From the NCBI GenBank assembly GCA_964016885.1, contig OZ024744.1, positions 118,792,001 through 118,856,000 on the forward strand: 64,000 nt of DNA. The letters run 5' to 3'. Of the stretch, positions 13,905 to 27,722 are shown piece after piece. Below the pieces are notes generated by a model. That model ran no database searches, was not told the origin of the DNA, and saw only the letters and a program-made list of their open reading frames with translations. Both the position numbers and the translations under genes were made by a program. Within the stretch, counting starts at the first letter, position 1; each line of letters begins with the position of its first letter. The DNA is from Eledone cirrhosa. Its lineage: Eukaryota.

Positions 13905-14835
13905 TACACTCGACCATCTTGGCTTATATGGATATATACAGCAACGAAGGGCAAAATCAATTTGAAATGTAAGTGGGGGTCCCCCAGGGTTCAACCCTCA
14001 ATCAATTTCTATTTATCATTGTTCTTCAAGTCATAATAGAGAAGTTTAAAACTGGCACTACTTGGGACCTCCTCCTTATTAATAATCTAGTCTGAATATG
14101 TAAATGTGTTAGAAGCAAAATTCTAGACATGGAAGTAAAATCAAAAGGCCTAAATATAGTGAAGACTAAAGTTCAAGTAAGTAGGAAAAGGACAGGATGC
14201 TAATAACGCCTTGCTTGATATGCTGAAAAGGGATAGGAAGAAATTCCATAAGGTGCAGATACTGTGACTTGTGGATGTATAAGTGGGATTGCAGGCAAGT
14301 TAATGGCGAAGATAGGCTTTGTATGTAGCAGATGCACAGAAGTAAGCACTAAAAAGAACACATGAAATGAATAGCTGAGAGGCTCCTCAAAAGTTGTTAC
14401 CTAGGTGATCTAATTAGCAAAGGTGGGGGTGAGGGGGCCTGAATGTATGATAGCCAGGATTAGAACGGACTAGAAGAAGTGCTGAAAACAAAGATCTCCT
14501 CTCTCGGATTGAAGGGTAGACTGTATGTTCCTTGAGTGTAGCAATGTTAATGGCAGTGAAACATGGGTCTTGACTGCAGATGTGAGAAGGGTGGCAAGAA
14601 ATGAAGTAAGTATGCTTTGATGGATGTGTAATGTTAATGTGCATGAACAATTTAGTATAAGTGAGCTGAGAGGAAAACCTGGCCTAAGAGGAATTGAATG
14701 TAATGTGCAAGAGAGAAGACTGTGTCGGTATGGGACTCATGGAAGAGGTAGATTAAGGATGATATGGTTTGAAGAAAAGACAAACCATAGTCAGTTGAAT
14801 CTCATGATAGAGATGATTGGTGACATATTGTACTA
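13905..14835 (+). pseudogene. Old decayed RTE fragment
   Basis: Remnants of VGVPQGS.LS, EKFKTG..W.LL and MCNVNVHEQFSISELRGK.GLRGIECNVQERRL. Confidence 0.8.
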
Positions 14836-15889
14836 GAGATGACTTGCCTACGGTATAAAAATAAGATGTCTTGTGTACCCTTATTAACTCCACTATTTCT
14901 GCTACTCTTATATACCTCCTTTCCATCTAACACATTCCACATTCTATGATACAACAATGTAGTGGATGTAATATATGTCTGGTTCATACACAACCACTCC
15001 ACTATTCTCATTACCACTGTACCTCTCCACCTTTCTTTCTCACATTACCCCTGTAAAATCCCACCATGGCAGCCTTAAGACAAAGCAACTTTGCTCCATC
15101 TCCCTATAGAGTAGAGAAGGCTCTTATGTCAAGTTAACGACTGACAACTTCCCTAGTTCTGGTGAGTTACGTGACAATCATGTCAATCTGTCTAGTGCTG
15201 GTGTCATAATAAAATGCACCTAGTACACTCTAAGTGGGTGGTGTTAAGAAAGCATCCAGTTATAGAAGCCATACCAAACTAAGAGTTGAAAGGAATCTTC
15301 AGTTGTGTGAAAGACATGACAAACTCCCTTGTGCTGGTGATGATAACTTCATTACCAATCCTTATAGTTACTTAATGAATGCTTATCATCCTAAAGAATC
15401 TGCATTCCTTTTGCCAACTCTCTTAGATAAGAAGCTCAACTTTGTGATTGTGTTACTAAAGTTTAGCAAGCTGTATCAAGACTACTATATTTAATGTCAT
15501 TCTTATGAAAATAACTTTGTATTTTGCATGCTTGTATTTATCTTATCACTCACCATATTTCTTACAGGACCTAGACATGTTATTTTGATTTTATAGATGC
15601 TGAAAAAAAAGTGAAAAACAAACAAAACAAAAAAACCCATAAAAGTAATGAATTAAATAAAACTACATTCATATTCTAATATTTGGCACGAGTAGAAAAA
15701 GCCCTCAACAAATGCTAATTTATCTTCCATTTTAAGGGATTCTTTAGATATCTTTTTTATTTTAAGGAAAATCTCATTGTATTTTTTATGATTATAAAAT
15801 ATTCTAAAGAGAAGAGAAAAACCAATAAATTATTATTAATAAACCACTGATAAATATTTCAAAAAGCCAGTACAATGTGGTAGAAATAA

Positions 15890-17640
15890 AACGAAATAAT
15901 GTAATGTTTTTACCCAGTATATTTCAGGGCTAATACCCTCTTTTCAAGTGTGAAGCAGAAACAGTTCAAAATAAAAACAAACAATTGATGAGTTCTTCCT
16001 TAACTGGTCTATGTGTCTGAAATATGCATGAAGTCGTTATAGTAGCCAATCTGCTTCATGCATTTCCAATCTATGATTTATCTGGGGGGTTTTTCTGGTT
16101 GATGATAATACCCTCTTTGATTCTTAAATCCCCTACATTCCTTTCTGTTACCTCTATGGTGACCTCAAAGTCTTAGCTGCAGCATCTGTCAAGATGTTTT
16201 TTAACAGAAGAGGCTGTACGTGAATCATCTGGATGGTCCTTCTGATGTACAAGGAGTTAAATTGTTTACCTCTGTACATCGTGACCTTATAGATCACATA
16301 TGTTCTATTGCATGTTTCTGCATTGTTGATGGGACAGTTAGGAAGTGTGCATATATTGCTGCAAGTATATCCCAATAGGAAAGACTACACCCAAAGGTAT
16401 CTCAGTATTGATTACAAAGATCTTTCTAACTTTGGCACACGGCTACAATTTTTCCAGAGCAGGTATCAGCCACAGTATTTGCCTGGTACTTCTTTTTGTT
16501 CCATAAAATAAATAGTAAAGTCAATTTCATCAGTATTCAAACTCAGAATAGAAAATTAGTTGCTATAAAATACATGGTTATGTTAACTAACAAGATATAG
16601 TTTAGATATGGTTTGACCAACATAAACCAAATAACATTACTTAACAGAGTGTGTAACTCAGGGATCAGAGAGCCATTTCAGGTAGAACCACTACTTCTCC
16701 AAATTGAAAGATCACAGCTCTGATACTATGGACATGTGGTTAGAATGTCTCAGGAAAGAATTGCTGGACAGATTTTACAGATGGTTGAATAACATTCATG
16801 AGCTCAGCTGGTCTCATTTGGGGATCCAGCTGGATCAGTTGGAGGCGGTTGCTTGTGACAGGGCCCACTGAAAGGAGTGTTTGAGGACTCTGTCCCTCAA
16901 ACCTTTCAAGAGTAAGTGGACAAAGAAGAAGTTTGTTGGTGATATGATATTTTCTAATGGACAATTTCTATTGCTATGCACTTAAAAATATCTAGGCATT
17001 ACTGGAATCTGTAGCAATTTCTATACAATACTGAATAGAAATTTGCTTCAACATTGTTGAACCAGAGATATTTTACACTGAATGAATAATTCTACACTCT
17101 TCTTCAATATTGATTTACAGAAATACTTCTTAACAAATTCCATTAGACAAGGAATCTACTTTATTGACCACTAACAATAGGATATTTGTGTGAGCTTGGA
17201 AAACAGATATAAAATGATTATGCTAATGTTTAGCCTGAAATATTTCAATCTACCATTGATTTCGTTATTGGTGTCGTTGCTTGCCAATTGTTCACATAAT
17301 TGATAATTAAACACACGATTCATATTTGTTGCAATTGCTACAAAAACTTGTCAAATACACCATCAAAATGAATGTTTCCAAGTGTCAATTCTGTGATTCA
17401 CAAATTCACTGGCTAAGTTATGTTGTTAGTTGTAATGGCATCCAACTGGATTCTCATTGACAGTCAACTCTAATAAATTCACCATTCCCTACTGACTTTG
17501 GTTGCTTGTACACCATGCACAGGGTTATTCATGATTCATTCTAAGTTTCGCTGCAGGGGCTGACTCACTTTTGAAATTACAATCTGAACACAATTTCCTG
17601 CTTTACTATGTTCATCTCTGTACCTGTTCACTTAACTTTT
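15890..17640 (-). pseudogene. Decayed Penelope-like element (RT remnant, GIY-YIG and hammerhead-like end), interrupted by a SINE piece and an RTE piece
   Basis: Minus strand gives CSLSY(I)GYT...TMQKHAIEH...DLRIKEGIIINQKNP (GIY-YIG C-terminus, with frameshifts) and a CTTGAAAAG-AGGG...CCCT-GAAA motif at ~15915-15950. RT similarity at 16960-17640 is weak. Confidence 0.5.
16600..16945 (+). pseudogene. RTE (Expander/Rex3-like) 3' fragment; single-copy relative of the 64-bp array unit
   Basis: EPLLLQIERSQL*YYGHVVRMSQERIAGQI; the DNA matches the unit of 56075-57495. Confidence 0.8.
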
Positions 17641-18770
17641 TAACATTTACATTACTCTGTATATACTATTGTATTTTCACAGTAAAGGCTTTACCTTGCA
17701 TAATATTTACATTACTCTATATATACTATTGCATTTTCACAGTAAAGGCTCTATCTCACATAACATTTACATTACTCTGTATATACTATTGTATTTTCAC
17801 AGTAAAGGCTTTACCTCACATAATATTTACATTACTCTATATATACTATTGCATTTTCACAGTAAAGGCTCTATCTCACATAACATTTACATTACTCTGT
17901 ATATACTATTGTATTTTCACAGTAAAGGCTTTACCTCACATAATATTTACATTACTCTATATATACTATTGCATTTTCACAGTAAAGGCTCTACCTCACA
18001 TAACATTTACATTACTCTGTATATACTATTGTATTTTCACAGTAAAGGCTTTACCTCACATAATATTTACATTACTCTATATATACTATTGCATTTTCAC
18101 AGTAAAGGCTCTATCTCACATAACATTTACATTACTCTGTATATACTATTGTATTTTCACAGTAAAGGCTTTACCTCACATAATATTTACATTACTCTAT
18201 ATATACTATTGCATTTTCACAGTAAAGGCTCTACCTCACATAACATTTACATTACTCTGTATATACTATTGTATTTTCACAGTAAAGGCTTTACCTCACA
18301 TAATATCTCACATAACATTTACATTACTCTGTATATACTATTGTATTTTCACAGTAAAAGCTTTACCTCACATATTTACATTACTCTATATATACTATTG
18401 CATTTTCACAGTAAAGGTTCTACCTCACATAACATTTACATTACTCTGTATATACTATTGTATTTTCACAGTAAAGGCTTTACCTCACATAATATTTACA
18501 TTACTCTATATATACTATTGCATTTTCACAGTAAAGGCTCTATCTCACATAACATTTACATTACTCTGTATATACTATTGTATTTTCACAGTAAAGGCTT
18601 TACCTCACATAATATTTACATTACTCTATATATACTATTATATTTTCACAGTAAAGGCTCTACCTCACATAACATTTACATTACTCTGTATATACTATTG
18701 TATTTTCACAGTAAAGGCTTTACATCACATAATATCTCACTACATTACTCTATATTTACTATTGTATTTA
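17641..18770. repeat. 60-bp minisatellite (~18 units) with a 120-bp A/B dimer higher-order period
   Basis: Alternating units TAACATTTACATTACTCTGTAT...TGTATTTT...GGCTTTACC and TAATATTTACATTACTCTATAT...TGCATTTT...GGCTCTATC. Confidence 0.97.
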
Positions 18771-19689
18771 CCCCACATAATATTGAATCTATGAGATTTC
18801 AATATTTATTTTGAGAATAATACCTTAAAGTTAGTATGAGAGGCCAGTTATGGTCGGTTTGAAGAGAAAGAGGTGAGACAATTCTGGCCAGATACGGTTG
18901 GTTTAAATGCTAAAAGGTTAAAGAATTCAACATTTATTATCTTGGACTTGGTGCTACATAAATATGGTTACTTTGACCCATGTCTTGTATAGAGCAATTA
19001 AGCTTTTGAAAGATGGAATGAAGGTATTGGGACATAAAACAAAGAATAAATTGCAGAGAATGATGGGAATAAAGCAAGTATTGAATGTTTAGGAAGGATG
19101 AAAGTGACTAGGTGAGAGGAATAGAGCCAGTGATAAATGTGAAGAGAAATAGAATGAGATGGTTGGGTCATGTGTTGAGGAAGGATGAAAGTGACTGGGT
19201 GAGAGGAATAGAGGTAGTGATGGATGATGTGAAGAAAAATAGAATGAGATGTTAGGTCTTGGAAATGAGTGTGGAAGGAAGTAAAAGGAAGATGCAGAAG
19301 CATGTTATGGGGCCCACAAATCTAACCCCTGTTTTGGCAGGGAAAATGAACTTAAAATGCTCATTGTTGTTGGTGGTGTGGCTAACAGGACAAACATTCA
19401 GTCAAGAAGGTTTACAAACATCCATAGTAACAACTAATGGAATACATTTTACTGTTTCATGTGCGTGGGGGGTTAAATGATATTGGATACAAACAATGTT
19501 TCATGTGTGTGGGGGATTAAATGATATTGGATACACACAAGTTTTCACTGCACCTTGGCATACACAATCAGAACATTTAAAAGATCTTTCCAGTCAGCTA
19601 TCAGATCTGTGCAACCAACAACCTGTCAAGTTTTTGAACATATGACTGGCAGAAAAAAAAGAGAGCCCAGTAATTTTATTCAAGGAAAA

Positions 19690-19907
19690 GGTTGAAGAAA
19701 TGCCAGAAATCCCAGTGGAAGGAAGCTGCAGTGGAGGATGACCAAAAAAGACCTTGGCAGAGGTTGTGAGAGCTGATCTTAAATCACTGAGACTGTCAGA
19801 AGAGATGATGAAAGAAAGCGACAAGTGGAGAGATACCGTGCTGAGAAGAACCTGTCCAACCTATGCAAGCACGGAAAAGCGGACATATATGATGATGATG
19901 ATGATGA
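19690..19907 (+). pseudogene. RTE family A-like 3' end fragment
   Basis: AEVVRADLKSLRLSEEM...WRDTVLRRTCPTYASTEKRT plus (TGA)n. Confidence 0.85.
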
Positions 19908-21016
19908 AAAAGGCCCAACATGGTAAAGATAATTGTCAGAGCTATAGCATTGTTTGAACCCTATAGGTAGACATTAGTGACAACTGTCACAATTGACGTG
20001 TTTATCAAATCAATGCGAAGACTTCTATTAAAACGAAACAAAATTCCTGTTTATTCTATATCAAACAGATATTAGGAGTAACTTGCTTCAGGAAATATGA
20101 AAAACATACCAGTGCAACAGTAATTCCACAAGGATAACAGTTTCACTCCAAAATGATACTTATGTTTTATCAGACGAAGAAGAAGGTAAAAAAAACATTC
20201 ATTTATCGCTCAACACCCTCAGTAACCTTTTAAGAAAATGAAAGCAATTCTGAGGAATAAATGAAAGAAGAAAGTTGTGATTGTTATATTTTAGAATTAA
20301 TTGAACTGATATTGTTTGAGTTGTTCCCCTTTATAACTACCCACATATACTTTCAGTGTAGTTATATAAAGGATGTGCCAGCTCACTCCAAATGCTATTC
20401 TTTATTACGATTGTATACACATATCAATAGATTTTCAGTTTGTTTTGTTGGCCATTGGCACAACAATATATATATATATTAAATACAAATTTAATATATA
20501 TATTAATAATTTTAATTACAGCAACATCTTGCATTTCACAATCTCTGTATAACTGATCCTTTCGTTTTATGAGAGCACATGCAATGGTGAGTGTTATGTC
20601 CAGATTTTAACATAACTTCTGACATTCATAACAGTAACTAATATAAAAGCATTGTTAAATGTACATTCCTTATATTTCTACCAATGCAACCCCACTAACA
20701 GGAAGGGCATCCAGCCATAGAAAGCGTGCCAAATAAAGGGTTGGGAGAACCCTTCGGTTTGTGTCAAAAGACACAACCTCCCTTCTGCACTCGATACGAC
20801 TCCTTGGCCTCACTGGGAGGTCAGTAACCCCACTTCAGTACTAACTTGGACTATGTAGACCCATCCAACCATTGCTAGCAGGGCAAGCAGACATTAAATG
20901 ATAATGATAGCTGATTTACAGCAGCTTACCAATTGGTACCCCACATATTGCAAGTCTATTTGACAATAGAAAGATTAGAAAATAGTAGATTTGATGCTAT
21001 TATTTCATTTAACAAA

Positions 21017-21262
21017 GGACATTGGATTGGCAGTAATCGGTAGAACACCAAACACCAGGCTTTGTGGCATAGAGGTACAACCCTTTACGTTCTGATTTCA
21101 AATCCTGCCGAGGTAAGCTTTGCCTTTCATCCTTAGAGGCTCAATAAAGTACCAGTTAATACACAGGGGTTGATTTAATCGACTTTCCCTTCCCCAAAAA
21201 TTATTGGCCTTGTACCTAAATCAGAAACCATTATTTCTTGTGCCTAAAATAGAAACAATTAT
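21017..21262 (+). mobile_element. tRNA-derived SINE, second family (central GCCTTTCATCC...GGTCGATAAAATAAAGTACC domain)
   Basis: Homologous to 21541-21730. Confidence 0.75.
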
Positions 21263-21540
21263 TTAATTTAACATATATTTTCACAAAAGCCTTCTAATTT
21301 AGTTTTGTAAGCATTTAATTGCATAAAAGTAACTTATCAATTAAAATAAACTGTTTATATATCATTAGAAAGATTTTAAAACTCATACACTGTACACTTT
21401 CCTGACATTTGTACATTATTCTATGTACTATACCTGAACCTTTGATGAATTGTAGTGCACCTGAGCACTGTACACAATAATTTTCATTATTATTATTATT
21501 ATTATTATTATTAAGACACTGACATTATTAGATAGATTTT

Positions 21541-21730
21541 AGGGCGGTGGATTGGCAGTATCGGTAGAGGGCCGGACGCCATGCTTTAACGCATAGAGTC
21601 ACGGCCCTTGCCATTCTGAGTTCAAATCCCGCCGAGGTTAACTTTGCCTTTCATCCTTACAGGGTCAATAAAATAAAGTATCAGTAATGTACTGGGTAAT
21701 TTTTGTGCCAAAAGTAGAAACAATTATTAG
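21541..21730 (+). mobile_element. tRNA-derived SINE, second family (Meta-domain-like centre)
   Basis: GGCGGTGGATTGGCAGTATCGGTAGAG (A box)...GAGTTCAAATCCCGCC (B box)...GCCTTTCATCCTTAC..GGTCAATAAAATAAAGTA...GTAGAAACAATTATT. Further copies or fragments at ~22050, 23130-23320, 33125-33297, 42512-42630, 43222-43400, 43465-43580, 46258, 46625-46760, 51441 and 59916. Confidence 0.85.
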
Positions 21731-22419
21731 ATAGATTTTTAAATTATTTAAGGCATATTTTAGATATTTTAAGTAAAAAATAGAAATCAAAGAATTTGAA
21801 TGGAGAAAATATTAATAGAGTTGTCTATATTTGTTTTAGTGTTTCAAATGACACTAAATATTTCTGATAACTTTTTAATGCTGTTCCTTTGTAGTAAGAA
21901 GCAATTACCCAAATAAAAATACAAAATGTCAATTTCAAGTTAATCAAATATTTTCAATTGTCAGACCCATGCTAGCGTGGAAAATGGACGTTAAACGATG
22001 ATGATGATGTCAGGATATGTTTACATATAATATGCAATGTACCAAATAATTGTTTCTTCTTTTGGCACAAGGCCAACAATTATCCCAGTACATTACTGGG
22101 ATATCGATACTGCCAATTCGCCGCCCAAATATTAAATAAAACAATTACAGAAAAAAAATGTTAAAGTTCTCTCCCTTCTTTTTTTATTTGAATAAGTCTT
22201 AACCTGTTTATGTTTGTTACAAAACAAAAAAAAAATTCAACTGACACTCCAATAATCTAAAATTTCACCTCAAAATTCTACATTATTGTTGAAACTGATA
22301 TTTATCAATTTGAAAAGGAAACTGAAAATTGAGTAGAGTATTTTCGTATATTATTTGCTATGTTGTAAAATGGTTATTGTATATAATTCATTAAATGTTT
22401 ACCGTAAATGTTTATTGTA

Positions 22420-25350
22420 TGGGTTTAAGAAAGAAGGCTGTGTTGGTAGGGACATGTGATGTGCATGGATGATGATCACTGAGTGAAGATGTACCAGGAA
22501 ATCCCAGTGGAAGGAAGCCACAGTAGAGGTAGACCAAAAAAGACCTGGGCAGAGGTTGAGAGAACTGACCTCAAATCAGAGACTTACGGAAGAGATGACA
22601 AAGGAATGTGGTGAGTGGAAAGATGCTGTGCTGAAAAGGACCTGTTCAACCCATGTAACTGTGGAAAAATGCATGTAAAAAGATGATTTTCGACAAATTT
22701 GAAAAGAAAGCTATAAGAACTTAAGATAAAGAATGTAATTTTAACAAAATCTTACTGGAGAAAATCAATCCCATCTTGCTCATTTAATGCTTAACATCCC
22801 AACTATCTTTTTAACAATTTATTTCCCTAGGGGAAGGCAGTGTATATGTGGGTATATGTATGGACACAATAACCATTCCTATTTCCATGATTTTACCTTA
22901 TGACCTGGTAGTGGACAGGTGTATTTGATTGGTAGTGACACTACCAATCAAATACGGGTGTATATGAAAGCATACTATATATTTATATACAATAAACATA
23001 TAGCATATGCTTTTATATAGGAATTCAAAAAGAATGAGAAACCTCTTCAGTATCTGCAGTCATTCTTTCTCCCTATGTCATTTAACCCTTTAGTTACCAG
23101 CCAAACCAAAACCAGCTCTAGTTCTATGAAATAATTGTTTCTACGTTTTGGTACAAGGCCAGCAATTACCCAGTGCATTACTGGTACTTTATTTTATCGA
23201 CCCCGTAAGGATGAAAGGCAAAGTCAACCTCAGCGGGATTTGAACTCAGATTGTTAAAGGACGTAACTATGCTGGAAAGCATGGCATCCGACCCTCTACC
23301 GATACTGCCAATCCACCAATAATACCATCTATTTTAAAGAGTTCCTATTTAACCCTTTAGTTACCAACCTGGCCAAAACCAACTCTGGTTCCATGAAATA
23401 AAACCACCTATTTTAAGAACCTTTGTCAAGTTGTTCCAAACACCTCTGGTTCTATGATAAAATTGTTTTAAAGTGTTTATATTTATCCCAAAACCTTCCA
23501 TCATAAGTTTATGTGAGAACCTTTGTTAAGTTATGTTCCAAATACCAACTTAATAATAAGGAAGTTAGTTATGTAACTAATCCCTCCAATTTCTTGATTA
23601 TTTTCAAAATATCATCACTTTTGCATTTAACATTTAAAAATTATGGGTGAACGTAGAACAGCAGAGAAACCTGAAAAGAGCAAAAATAAAAATGGTTGGG
23701 TGGATGAGTGGAGTATCACTGAGAAAAAGAAAGAGACACAATGGATTGCCAGTGATGATGAGAATAGAAACAATGATGAACATTGTGAAGAGAAATGGAA
23801 TGAAATGGATGGGTCATGTGATGAGCAAGGACTAAAGAGATTAGGTGATCGGAGTGATGGAAATGAATGTGGAAGTAGAGGAAGATAAAGAAAAAGCATG
23901 ACGAGATGATGGAGGATGAAATGAAAGCCAGAAAGTTGGTAGGAAGTGAAGCAGTTAAAAAGGCACTTGTCATGGGGCTCAGAAGACCAATCTTTAGCAA
24001 AGAAAATGGCCTTAAAAAGCTTGTTGTTACATGAGGGAGCCACTGACCCTGAAGTACACTAAAGCCCGCAGCATCTAAATCTAGCCCTGGGTGAGAACAG
24101 GGTAGAAAAAGTTCAGAGTTGTTACCTCTGCTGGTAATAAAAGGCTTTTTTTCTCAGAGTGAAGAGCAGATTGTAAAATGCTTGTGTTCAAACTGTTATA
24201 CCACCAGGTAGTGAGACATGGGCCACAGTTGCAAAAGATTTACTGGAAAGGAATGGAGCATGCATGCTCACAAATAAGCTGAGAATAAGAGGAAATGAAT
24301 GTAGTGTGCAAGAGAAATGATTGCACTGGTATGGTCATCTGATACATAAGAATGAAAGCAGAGTAAAAAAAAAGTGGCGAGCACTTGAAGTAAATGGAAC
24401 TTGGGGAAGAGGGTGACCAAAAAAGACAAGAGAACATTGTGAAAAACAGCTTCAAGAAACTGAACTTCATGAAAGAGATGACAGTGTCACATTAAATGTA
24501 AATATGAAGGACCAGGGAAACTATATGGAGTAGAGTAGACCCGTTTAGCCTGGAGTGGAGAAACATTGATAACAAATGAATAACTTTGGGCAGAGAGGAC
24601 TCTCTAGTCTTGTGATAAAATACACCTAGAACGCACTATAAAGTGTTTGCTGATGCAGTAATAAAATGCAACCAATATAGTTTGTAGAGTGGTTGGTGTT
24701 ATTTGCATAATGAATCATGTAGTGAAGGAAGGTGTGATAATGACTGGCCCTGTAGCATCATTACCAACTATTATAAGGGTAAAGATGAGGCTCTAGAAAG
24801 AAGCAAGTAACAGATTAAGAGAAGGATGAGTTTAGCGGTAAGTTTCTGGTTTGTGCTATGATAGTGTACTAATGATCTTTTCCTAGTGAGACAACTATAG
24901 GTTCTTAGATAAGAATAAATAGAAGCATAGGAAATATCCTGCAATGGTAACAGCAACTTTAGCAATCTTCCGAGCATCTGTTGACCTGGAGAAAGCTTTT
25001 AATAGGGTACCATGTTTTGTAGTCCAGTGGTCTCTATGAAAACTAGTGTGTAGATGAATGGTTTAAGAGGGTCATGAAAGCCATGTACAGAGGTGCTGTC
25101 AGTAAAGTAAGAGTTGGCAATAAGTTCAGCAAGGAATTTGGTATGCAGACAAGTGTTTATCAGGCTTCAGTTCTCAAACTCCTACTGTTTATTATGGTTC
25201 ACCAGGACATAATATAGTTGAAGAATGGTTGTCTTTGGGATCTTCTGTATGCTGATGACCTGGTCCCTATATCTGAATCAATTGAAGATTTTAAAGAAAT
25301 TCTAAATGTGGAAGCAAAGCTTATAATAAAAAAAACCTCAAAGTAAATCT
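22420..25350 (+). pseudogene. Cluster of old decayed RTE fragments (22420-22690, 23640-24020, 24110-24485, 24705-25350) interleaved with SINE/MITE pieces
   Basis: Remnants of GRPKKTWAEV, KW.GHVM, DLEKAFNRVP and WDLLYADDL. Confidence 0.7.
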
Positions 25351-25359
25351 AAACCTAGC

Positions 25360-26170
25360 ACAGAGAAAGGGTGGTGTTGGTGGGAGTGGAAGGATGGGGT
25401 AGTGGGTTGGGGTGTATATTTGGTTAAGAGGTGCCTACTGACTGTAGGTTTAACTTTGTACATAGGAAAGGTAGGTCTCCTTCCTGCATAGCACCAAAGG
25501 TCTCAATCCTGTGTCATTGTCTTAGAGAAGTGTAAGTGTGCAAGGTCAGAATTTATCATGTTGTCCCAGGTTTTTCTGGGTCTACCTACTCCATAACTTC
25601 CATAAATTTTGATCACCCTGCACTTTTTTATACAGCTGTCATCTTTCATGTGCATCACATGACCATACCAACGTAATCTCTCAAGTAAACTGCATCTGAT
25701 CCCTCTTATTTCTAATTTCTCAGTTTGTTTATGTTTTGCCGTTTGTGTCTATTACTATTACACATCCACTGAAGCATGCATGCTTCATTCCTTTCCAGTT
25801 TGCGCAGGTCGTCTGCACACAATGCCCATGTCTCACTGCTATGTGACATTGCTGTTCATATACAGGCATCATACAATCTGCTTTTCATTTTTAGAGAGAA
25901 AGTTTTGTGGCCAACACCAGTATAAGCTCTCTGAACTTTTTCCATCCCATTCTGACTCTAGCTACTGTACTTTCAGAGCACCCTCCACCACTGATGATTT
26001 TGTCACCCAGGTAACGGAAGCTGTCCACTATTTTTATAGAACCATCCAGCCAGTAAAAGGAGCTAGTATCCTATGGGCACTTGCTACTTATTGCACCTGA
26101 GCATTGGACACATATAAAATTTACATTCTTAGATAGCTTGCCTGTGATCCCACTACATCTTTTATGTACC
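25360..26170 (-). pseudogene. RTE family B-like 3' fragment
   Basis: Homologous to 48430-49250 (CSGITGKL, DSFRYLGD, RWYGHVM, GRPRKTWD). Confidence 0.85.
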
Positions 26171-26195
26171 CATATATATATATATATATATATCT

Positions 26196-26506
26196 CATCA
26201 TTTCATTTTACGTCCGCTTTTTCCCTGCTTGCAAGGGTGGGACGGGAACTGATTTTGGCTTGATTTCTACAGCTGGATGCCCTTCCTAACACCAACCTCA
26301 TTTACAGTGAGGGCTGGGTGCTTTTTTGCCGTGGAAAGATATGGACCCCAATCCCTATCATCTCATTTCTACAGCTGAGTAAACTGGAGCAATGTGAAAT
26401 AAAGTGTCTTGCTCAAGGAAACAACACATCACCCGGTCTGAGAATTGAACTCACAACCTTTCGATTGCAAGGCCAATGCTCTAACCACTAAGCCATGTGC
26501 CTCCAT
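26196..26506 (-). mobile_element. tRNA-derived SINE with RTE-A-type 3' tail
   Basis: Same family as 8281-8586; the tail CCCGTCCCACCCTTGCAAGCAGGGAAAAAGCGGACGTAAAATGA matches 29647-29689. Confidence 0.9.
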
Positions 26507-26619
26507 CATATATATATATATAATATATATATATATATATAATTAGGAAGGGCATCCAACCAGTGTATCAATGCCAAAACACTTATCAGCACAGCAACAA
26601 ATAGGAACAACAACAAAAT

Positions 26620-27504
26620 ATGAAGACGTCGCATCTCAGAGTTGCAACACTTAATGTTGGCACTTTCAGAGGTAGATCTGCTGAAATAGCGGAGATGCTG
26701 GAGAGAAGGCAGGTGGATGTGTGCTGCGTGCAAGAGGTGAGATGGAGAGGTGCCTCTGCGAGACTAGTCGTAGGCAAGCGTCTTAGCTATAAGCTATTCT
26801 GGGTAGGTAAGGATGATGGGTTAGGGGGAGTAGGCATTTTCCTGGCTGAGAAATGGATCAATAAGACAATAGAGGTAGTTCGAGTTAGTAATCGAATAAT
26901 TAAGCTTAGATTAGTTGTAGGTAAGAGACTACTGACAATCATCTCGGTCTATGCTCCCCAAGCAGGCCTAGGCAAAGATGAGAAAGACTGCTTTTATGAG
27001 CAACTTTTGCAAACAACCACAATGACAGAGGACGGAGACATCGTTATGCTAGCAGGAGACTTCAATGGTCATGTTGGACAGCTCCAGGATGGTTACACTG
27101 GGGTACATGGTGGGCACGGTTATGGTTCAAGAAATGAAGAAGGAGTGAGACTTCTTGAATTTTGTGATGCGAGTACATTGACTATTTGCAACACAAACTT
27201 CCAGAAACCTGCCAATCACCTAATAACCTACAAATCTGGTGAGCACATAAGCCAGATTGACTTCCTGCTAGTTAGGCAGCGGGACAGGCAGATAGTGTCT
27301 AATGCCAAGGCATACCCTGGGGTATGTACCCCACAGCATAGGTTAGTTGTTAGTGATATCTCAGTAAGCAAGAGATGGAATGAGACATATAGGAAGGTGT
27401 GGAGAAGAAAGGTCTGGAAGCTAAAAGACCTTTCACTAAAATACAAATTTAGGAAAGCCCTTCAAGATGTATATGACGAAAAAGAAGACGATTTAGAGAC
27501 GTAA
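26620..27504 (+). pseudogene. RTE ORF, apurinic-like endonuclease domain (premature stop; frame continues to a frameshift near 27645)
   Basis: Motifs TLNVGT, CVQEVRW, SVYAPQ, GDFNGHVG, QIDF and QHRLVV. Confidence 0.93.
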
Positions 27505-27722
27505 AACATAGATAATAACTGGAAGTTCTTACGTGACAACTTGATGCAGGCTACTGATGAAACCTGTGGCTGGAGTAGAGCTCCAACCAGACAGAGAGTG
27601 ACCTGGTGGTGGAACAGCACAGTAGATAAGGCTATTAGAGACAAAAACTAGCATGGAAGGCTTGGAAAAAGGGTGGGAGTAGGGAAGAATATACAGCCAC
27701 TAAGAGAGAAGCTAGACGTCAG

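Noticed and set aside
17571-18814. 407-aa and 381-aa ORFs as real proteins
   Set aside because: They arise from a stop-free 60-bp tandem unit, have non-ATG starts and show no domain evidence.
20060-20595. Coding exons (good-looking splice sites, e.g. TTACAG|...ATG|GTGAGT at 20522-20586)
   Set aside because: All frames I tested contain stops; at most UTR or non-coding exons, which cannot be supported without RNA data.
23080-23600. piggyBac-like MITE (TTAACCCTTTAG termini at ~23082 and ~23349; inverse at ~18920)
   Set aside because: No matched pair of ends could be delimited, so it is not reported as a feature.
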